Virus record (IMG/VR): IMGVR_UViG_2551306526_000005
DNA from: a virus
Lineage: Duplodnaviria; Heunggongvirae; Uroviricota; Caudoviricetes
Reading direction: 5' to 3' (one strand)
DNA length: 31,573 nucleotides
Shown: piece after piece, positions 26,174 through 31,573 of the stretch
How positions within the stretch are numbered: position 1 is the first letter of the stretch
Layout of the letters: every line of letters begins with the position of its first letter
The notes under the pieces: model-generated
The model's input: only the letters and a program-made list of their open reading frames with translations
The model's database searches: none
Told to the model about the DNA's origin: nothing
Translations under genes and position numbers: made by a program

Positions 26174-26692
26174 ATGGCAATGCCGCGCAAACTCAAGTTA
26201 ATGAACGTCTTTCTGAACGGCTACAGCTATCAGGGCGTTGCAAAGTCCGTCACGCTGCCAAAACTGACCCGTAAGCTCGAAAACTATCGCGGTGCGGGGA
26301 TGAACGGCAGCGCACCGGTAGACCTCGGCCTTGATGACGATGCGCTGTCAATGGAGTGGTCGCTCGGTGGCTTCCCGGATTCGGTTATCTGGGAGCTTTA
26401 CGCCGCAACCGGTGTGGATGCCGTGCCGATTCGTTTTGCAGGCTCTTACCAGCGCGACGATACCGGCGAAACGGTGGCCGTCGAAGTGGTCATGCGTGGA
26501 CGTCAGAAAGAAATCGACACCGGCGAGGGTAAACAGGGAGAAGACACTGAGTCGAAAATCTCCGTGGTCTGCACCTATTTCCGGCTGACGATGGACGGTA
26601 AGGAGCTGGTCGAAATTGACACCATCAACATGATTGAGAAGGTGAACGGCGTCGATCGGCTGGAGCAACACCGCCGCAATATCGGCCTGTGA
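26174..26692 (+). CDS. FII: Tail tube protein (P2 gpFII-like)
   Basis: 172 aa, matching recalled P2 FII length; synteny. Confidence 0.9.
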   Translation: MAMPRKLKLMNVFLNGYSYQGVAKSVTLPKLTRKLENYRGAGMNGSAPVDLGLDDDALSMEWSLGGFPDSVIWELYAATGVDAVPIRFAGSYQRDDTGETVAVEVVMRGRQKEIDTGEGKQGEDTESKISVVCTYFRLTMDGKELVEIDTINMIEKVNGVDRLEQHRRNIGL

Positions 26693-26748
26693 TTTTCATC
26701 CGGTCAGCCTGGCTGGCCGGTTAACCCTGATTCAGAAGTGAGAAAACC

Positions 26749-27024
26749 ATGAACAAAGAAAATGTCATTACCCTGGACAATCCGGTCAAACGTGGTGAGC
26801 AGGTTATCGAACAGGTCACGCTGATGAAACCCAGTGCCGGGACGCTACGCGGTGTCAGTCTGGCTGCGGTTGCAAACTCCGAAGTCGATGCACTGATTAA
26901 GGTGCTGCCGCGCATGACGGCACCGATGCTGACCGAGCAGGAAGTCGCCGCGCTGGAACTGCCTGACCTTGTGGCGCTGGCCGGTAAGGTGGTCGGTTTT
27001 TTGTCGCCGAACTCGGTGCAGTGA
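26749..27024 (+). CDS. E: Tail assembly chaperone E (P2 gpE-like)
   Basis: 91 aa; upstream of tape measure; contains slippery T6G near 3' end. Confidence 0.8.
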   Translation: MNKENVITLDNPVKRGEQVIEQVTLMKPSAGTLRGVSLAAVANSEVDALIKVLPRMTAPMLTEQEVAALELPDLVALAGKVVGFLSPNSVQ

Positions 27025-27176
27025 CGTTTCCGAAAAATCTCTCGGTCGATGACCTGATGGCGGATGTGGCAGTGATATTTCACTGGCCGCCATCAGAACT
27101 GTATCCCATGAGCCTGACCGAACTCATCACATGGCGCGAAAAGGCGCTCCGGCGAAGCGGAAACACGAATGAGTAA
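26749..27176 (+). CDS. Tail assembly chaperone E+E' (-1 programmed frameshift product)
   Basis: Slippery GGTTTTTTG at about 26994-27002; -1 frame stays open to TAA at 27174-27176, giving about 142 aa; end overlaps T start. Confidence 0.55.
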
Positions 27177-29616
27177 CAATGTAAAATTACAGGTATTGCT
27201 CAGGGCTGTTGACCAGGCATCCCGCCCGTTTAAATCCATCCGCACAGCGAGCAAGTCGCTGTCGGGGGATATCCGGGAAACACAAAAATCACTGCGCGAG
27301 CTGAACGGTCACGCATCCCGTATTGAGGGATTCCGCAAGACCAGTGCACAGCTCGCCGTGACTGGTCATGCACTTGAAAAGGCACGGCAGGAGGCCGAAG
27401 CCCTTGCCACACAGTTTAAAAACACCGAACGTCCGACCCGTGCTCAGGCGAAAGTCCTGGAATCCGCAAAGCGTGCGGCGGAGGACTTACAGGCGAAATA
27501 TAACCGCCTGACAGATTCCGTTAAACGCCAGCAGCGGGAACTGGCCGCTGTGGGAATTAATACCCGCAATCTTGCACATGATGAGCAGGGACTGAAAAAC
27601 CGTATCAGTGAAACCACCGCACAGCTTAACCGTCAGCGTGATGCGCTGGTGCGTGTCAGTGCGCAACAGGCAAAACTTAACGCAGTAAAACAGCGTTATC
27701 AGGCCGGAAAGGAACTGGCCGGAAATATGGCCTCAGTGGGCGCTGCCGGTGTGGGGATTGCGGCGGCGGGAACGATGGCCGGAGTTAAGCTGCTGATGCC
27801 CGGTTATGAGTTTGCGCAGAAAAACTCAGAATTGCAGGCCGTGCTCGGTGTGGCAAAAGATTCCGCCGAAATGGCCGCGCTCCGCAAACAGGCGCGCCAG
27901 CTCGGCGACAATACCGCCGCCTCAGCGGATGATGCGGCCGGTGCGCAGATTATCATTGCGAAAGCGGGTGGAGATGCTGCGGCTATTCAGGCGGCAACGC
28001 CGGTCACGCTGAATATGGCACTGGCGAATCAGCGGTCGATGGAAGAAAACGCGCAACTGTTGCTGGGGACTAAGGCATCCTTTCAACTGTCAAATGATGA
28101 TGTCAGCCATGTGGGCGACGTGTTGTCGGCAACGATGAATAAGTCGGCGGCTGATTTTCAGGGACTCAGTGATGCACTGACTTACCTCGGTCCGGTTGCG
28201 AGGACGGCAGGTGTAAGTCTTGAACAGGCAGCGGCCATGACAGGTGTGCTGCATGACAATAACATCAGGGGGTCAATGGCGGGTACGGGTGGCAGTGCCG
28301 TTGTCACCCGATTACAGGCACCGACTGGAAAAGCATGGGATGCACTCAAAGAGCTTGGCGTTAAAACCTCGGACAAAAAGGGAAATATGCGTCCGTTGTT
28401 CACCATTCTGAAAGAGATTCAGGCCAGCTTTGATAAACACAAGCTGGGAACGTCTCAGAAGGGGGAATACCTTAAAACCATTTTTGGTGAGGAAGCCCTG
28501 AAATCAGCGAACGTTTTACTGGCAGCGGCTGCAAGCGGAAAACTGGATAAGCTGACCGCCACACTGAAAGCCTCAGACGGTAAAACGGAAGAGCTGGTTA
28601 AAATCATGCAGGACAACCTCGGCGGTGACTTTAAGGAGTTTCAGTCCGCTTATGAAGCGGTGGGGACTGACCTGTTTGACCAGCAGGAAGGCGCACTGCG
28701 TAAGCTCACGCAGACGGCCACAAAGTATGTGTTAAAACTCGACGGCTGGATCCAGAAAAACAAATCACTGGCGTCAACCATTGGCCTAATTGCCGGTGGC
28801 GCGCTGGCGCTTACTGGCATCATCGGTGCCATTGGTCTTGTAGCCTGGCCGGTTATCACCGGCATCAATGCCATCATCGCGGCAGCAGGCGCAATGGGGG
28901 CAATCTTCACGACGGTTGGCAGTGCTGTTATGACCGCCATCGGGGCGATTAGCTGGCCGGTTGTGGCCGTGGTGGCCGCCATTGTCGCCGGGGCGTTGCT
29001 TATCCGTAAATACTGGGAGCCTGTCAGCGCATTCTTTGGCGGTGTGATGGAAGGGCTGAAAGCGGCATTTGCGCCGGTGGGGGAACTGTTCACGCCACTT
29101 AAGCCGGTGTTTGACTGGCTGGGCGAAAAGTTACAGGCCGCGTGGCAGTGGTTTAAAAACCTGATTGCCCCGGTCAAAGCCACCCAGGACACCCTGAACC
29201 GTTGCCGTGATACTGGCGTCATGTTCGGGCAGGCACTGGCTGACGCGCTGATGCTGCCGCTTAATGCGTTCAACAAACTGCGCAGCGGAATTGACTGGGT
29301 ACTGGAAAAACTCGGTGTTATCAACAAAGAGTCAGACACACTTGACCAGACCGCCGCCAGAACTCAAGCCGCCACGTATGGCAGCGGTGGTTATATTCCG
29401 GCGACCAGCTCTTATGCAGGCTATCAGGCTTATCAGCCGGTTACGGCACCGGCTGGCCGCTCTTATGTGGACCAGAGTAAAAACGAATATCACATCAGCC
29501 TGACGGGTGGTACTGCGCCGGGGACACAGCTTGACCGCCAGTTACAGGATGCGCTCGAAAAATACGAGCGGGATAAACGTGCGCGCGCCCGTGCCAGCAT
29601 GATGCATGACGGTTAA
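27169..29616 (+). CDS. T: Tail tape measure protein (P2 gpT-like)
   Basis: 815 aa; coiled-coil N-terminal half, Gly/Ala-rich hydrophobic stretches in the middle. Confidence 0.9.
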   Translation: MSNNVKLQVLLRAVDQASRPFKSIRTASKSLSGDIRETQKSLRELNGHASRIEGFRKTSAQLAVTGHALEKARQEAEALATQFKNTERPTRAQAKVLESAKRAAEDLQAKYNRLTDSVKRQQRELAAVGINTRNLAHDEQGLKNRISETTAQLNRQRDALVRVSAQQAKLNAVKQRYQAGKELAGNMASVGAAGVGIAAAGTMAGVKLLMPGYEFAQKNSELQAVLGVAKDSAEMAALRKQARQLGDNTAASADDAAGAQIIIAKAGGDAAAIQAATPVTLNMALANQRSMEENAQLLLGTKASFQLSNDDVSHVGDVLSATMNKSAADFQGLSDALTYLGPVARTAGVSLEQAAAMTGVLHDNNIRGSMAGTGGSAVVTRLQAPTGKAWDALKELGVKTSDKKGNMRPLFTILKEIQASFDKHKLGTSQKGEYLKTIFGEEALKSANVLLAAAASGKLDKLTATLKASDGKTEELVKIMQDNLGGDFKEFQSAYEAVGTDLFDQQEGALRKLTQTATKYVLKLDGWIQKNKSLASTIGLIAGGALALTGIIGAIGLVAWPVITGINAIIAAAGAMGAIFTTVGSAVMTAIGAISWPVVAVVAAIVAGALLIRKYWEPVSAFFGGVMEGLKAAFAPVGELFTPLKPVFDWLGEKLQAAWQWFKNLIAPVKATQDTLNRCRDTGVMFGQALADALMLPLNAFNKLRSGIDWVLEKLGVINKESDTLDQTAARTQAATYGSGGYIPATSSYAGYQAYQPVTAPAGRSYVDQSKNEYHISLTGGTAPGTQLDRQLQDALEKYERDKRARARASMMHDG

Positions 29617-29630
29617 GGAGGTGACGAAAA

Positions 29631-30110
29631 ATGATGCTCGCGTTAGGTATGTTTGTTTTTATGCGCCAGACGCTGCCACACCAGACCATGCAGCGTGAAT
29701 CAGATTATCGCTGGCCGTCAAATTCCCGTATCGGTAAACGGGATGCCTTTCAGTTTCTCGGTGTTGGCGAGGAAAACATCACACTTGCCGGCGTGCTTTA
29801 TCCCGAACTGACCGGCGGGAAGCTGACGATGACCACGCTCAGGCTGATGGCAGAGGAAGGCCGGGCGTGGCCGTTGCTGGATGGCACCGGCATGATTTAC
29901 GGCATGTATGTCATCAGCAGGGTGAGTGAAACAGGGAGTATTTTCTTTGCAGATGGCACACCCCGAAAAATTGATTTTACGCTGTCGCTCACCCGCGTTG
30001 ATGAATCACTGGCCGCGCTTTATGGCGATATCGGTAAACAGGCGGAATCGCTCATCGGTAAGGCTGGCAGTATGGCGACTAAATTCACGGGTATGACGGG
30101 GGCGGGATAA
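29631..30110 (+). CDS. U: Tail protein (P2 gpU-like)
   Basis: 159 aa, matching recalled P2 U length; synteny. Confidence 0.85.
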   Translation: MMLALGMFVFMRQTLPHQTMQRESDYRWPSNSRIGKRDAFQFLGVGEENITLAGVLYPELTGGKLTMTTLRLMAEEGRAWPLLDGTGMIYGMYVISRVSETGSIFFADGTPRKIDFTLSLTRVDESLAALYGDIGKQAESLIGKAGSMATKFTGMTGAG

Positions 30111-31273
30111 TGCTGGATGCGCTGACATTTGATGCAGGCAGTACGCTGACGCCGGATTACATGCTGATGCTCGACAGCAGGGATATTACCGGCAATATCA
30201 GCGACCGTCTGATGAGCATGACCCTGACGGATAACCGGGGCTTTGAGGCTGACCAGCTTGATATTGAACTGAACGATGCCGACGGGCAGGTCGGGCTGCC
30301 GGTTCGTGGCGCTGTCCTGACGGTGTATATCGGCTGGAAAGGTTTTGCCCTGGTATGCAAAGGGAAATTTACCGTTGATGAGGTTGAACACCGGGGCGCA
30401 CCGGATGTGGTCACCATCCGCGCCCGGAGTGCAGATTTTCGCGGGACGCTCAATTCCCGCCGTGAAGGCTCCTGGCATGACACCACGCTCGGTGCGATTG
30501 TTGAGGCGATAGCCTCCCGTAACAGGCTGGAAGCCAGTGTCGCTCCGTCACTGGCCGGAATTAAAATCCCGCACATCGACCAGTCGCAGGAGTCTGATGC
30601 AAAATTCCTGACCCGCCTTGCTGAACGCAACGGCGGTGAGGTGTCGGTAAAAATGGGAAAACTGTTGTTTCTCAAAGCGGGGCAGGGGGTGACGGCCAGC
30701 GGTAAAAAAGTCCCGCAGGTCACCATAACCCGCAGCGACGGCGACCGCCATCATTTTGCGATTGCTGACCGTGGAGCCTATACCGGCGTAACGGCAAAGT
30801 GGTTACACACCAAAGACCCGAAGCCGCAAAAGCAGAAGGTAAAACTGAAACGCAAAAAGAAAGAGAAACACCTGCGCGCACTGGAGCACCCGAAAGCGAA
30901 ACCAGTCACGCAGAAGAAAGCGCCTAAAGTACCGGAAGCGCGCGAAGGTGAATACATGGCCGGTGAGGCTGATAACGTTTTTGCCCTGACTACGGTATAT
31001 GCCACGAAAGCGCAGGCCATGCGCGCCGCTCAGGCGAAGTGGGATAAACTGCAACGGGGCGTAGCGGAGTTCTCCATCAGCCTGGCTACCGGTCGGGCAG
31101 ATATTTACACGGAAACACCGGTTAAAGTGTCAGGCTTTAAGCGCGTCATAGACGAGCAGGACTGGACAATCACTAAGGTGACACATTTTCTGAATAATAG
31201 CGGCTTCACGACGTCCTTGGAGCTTGAGGTCAGGCTTTCTGATGTGGAGTACGAAACAGAAGATAATGAGTGA
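30110..31273 (+). CDS. D: Tail protein / late control gene D (P2 gpD-like)
   Basis: 387 aa, matching recalled P2 D length; start overlaps U stop. Confidence 0.85.
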   Translation: MLDALTFDAGSTLTPDYMLMLDSRDITGNISDRLMSMTLTDNRGFEADQLDIELNDADGQVGLPVRGAVLTVYIGWKGFALVCKGKFTVDEVEHRGAPDVVTIRARSADFRGTLNSRREGSWHDTTLGAIVEAIASRNRLEASVAPSLAGIKIPHIDQSQESDAKFLTRLAERNGGEVSVKMGKLLFLKAGQGVTASGKKVPQVTITRSDGDRHHFAIADRGAYTGVTAKWLHTKDPKPQKQKVKLKRKKKEKHLRALEHPKAKPVTQKKAPKVPEAREGEYMAGEADNVFALTTVYATKAQAMRAAQAKWDKLQRGVAEFSISLATGRADIYTETPVKVSGFKRVIDEQDWTITKVTHFLNNSGFTTSLELEVRLSDVEYETEDNE

Positions 31274-31354
31274 TGTTTTTATTTTATCTGTTTGTTTTAT
31301 AAGGATAAATTAACTAAAATGGCACCATCAACAAAACCGGAAGAGGTGCTCGCG

Positions 31355-31573
31355 ATGTTTCATTGTCCTTTATGCCAGCATGCCGCACATGCGCGTACAA
31401 GCCGCTATATCACTGACACGACAAAAGAGCGTTATCACCAGTGCCAGAACGTGAATTGCAGCGCCACGTTCATCACTTATGAGTCGGTACAGCGATACAT
31501 CGTGAAGCCGGGAGAAGTCCACGTCGTGAGGCCGCACCCGTTGCCGTCAGGGCAGCAAATTATGTGGATGTAA
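31355..31573 (+). CDS. ogr: Late-gene transcriptional activator, zinc-finger protein (Ogr-like)
   Basis: 72 aa from ATG 31355 with AAGAGG RBS; four Cys (CPLCQ...CQNVNC) characteristic of Ogr/Delta family. Confidence 0.8.
   Translation: MFHCPLCQHAAHARTSRYITDTTKERYHQCQNVNCSATFITYESVQRYIVKPGEVHVVRPHPLPSGQQIMWM

Noticed and set aside
26700-26722. Possible hairpin between FII and E as an intrinsic terminator
   Set aside because: Imperfect stem with very short loop and no following T-run; more likely fortuitous GC-rich symmetry than a terminator.
1-31573. tRNA, rRNA, IS element or transposase anywhere in the window
   Set aside because: No cloverleaf-like or rRNA-like stretch and no DDE or serine transposase ORF recognised; the integration-site tRNA or att core, if any, would lie outside the window.

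Overview
The window is almost exactly the interior of a P2-like (Peduovirus-type) temperate prophage from an enterobacterial host, running from the stop codon of int (position 1) to the stop codon of ogr (position 31573). Gene order and most protein lengths match what I recall of phage P2: int-C | cox-B-A early operon | cos | Q-P (minus) | O-N-M-L capsid/packaging | lysA-lysB-lysC | R-S | V-J-I-H-G baseplate and tail fibre | FI-FII-E/E'-T-U-D tail | ogr. All P2 lengths and the cos sequence are from memory and not database-checked. Three visibly AT-rich cargo islands sit at the classical P2 moron positions and contain six uncharacterised genes in total, at least five of them predicted membrane-anchored: (1) between A and cos/Q, where P2 has tin/old; (2) between S and V, where P2 has orf30; (3) between G and FI, where P2 has Z/fun. 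These are the best candidates for a previously undescribed phage-defence or superinfection-exclusion system; I could not assign any of them to a known family from sequence alone. Separately, the prophage looks defective: the expected X-holin-endolysin block between L and lysA is absent, with L reading through a junction, and baseplate gene W plus the ends of V and J are absent at a V/J junction. No tRNA, rRNA, CRISPR array or IS element was seen.
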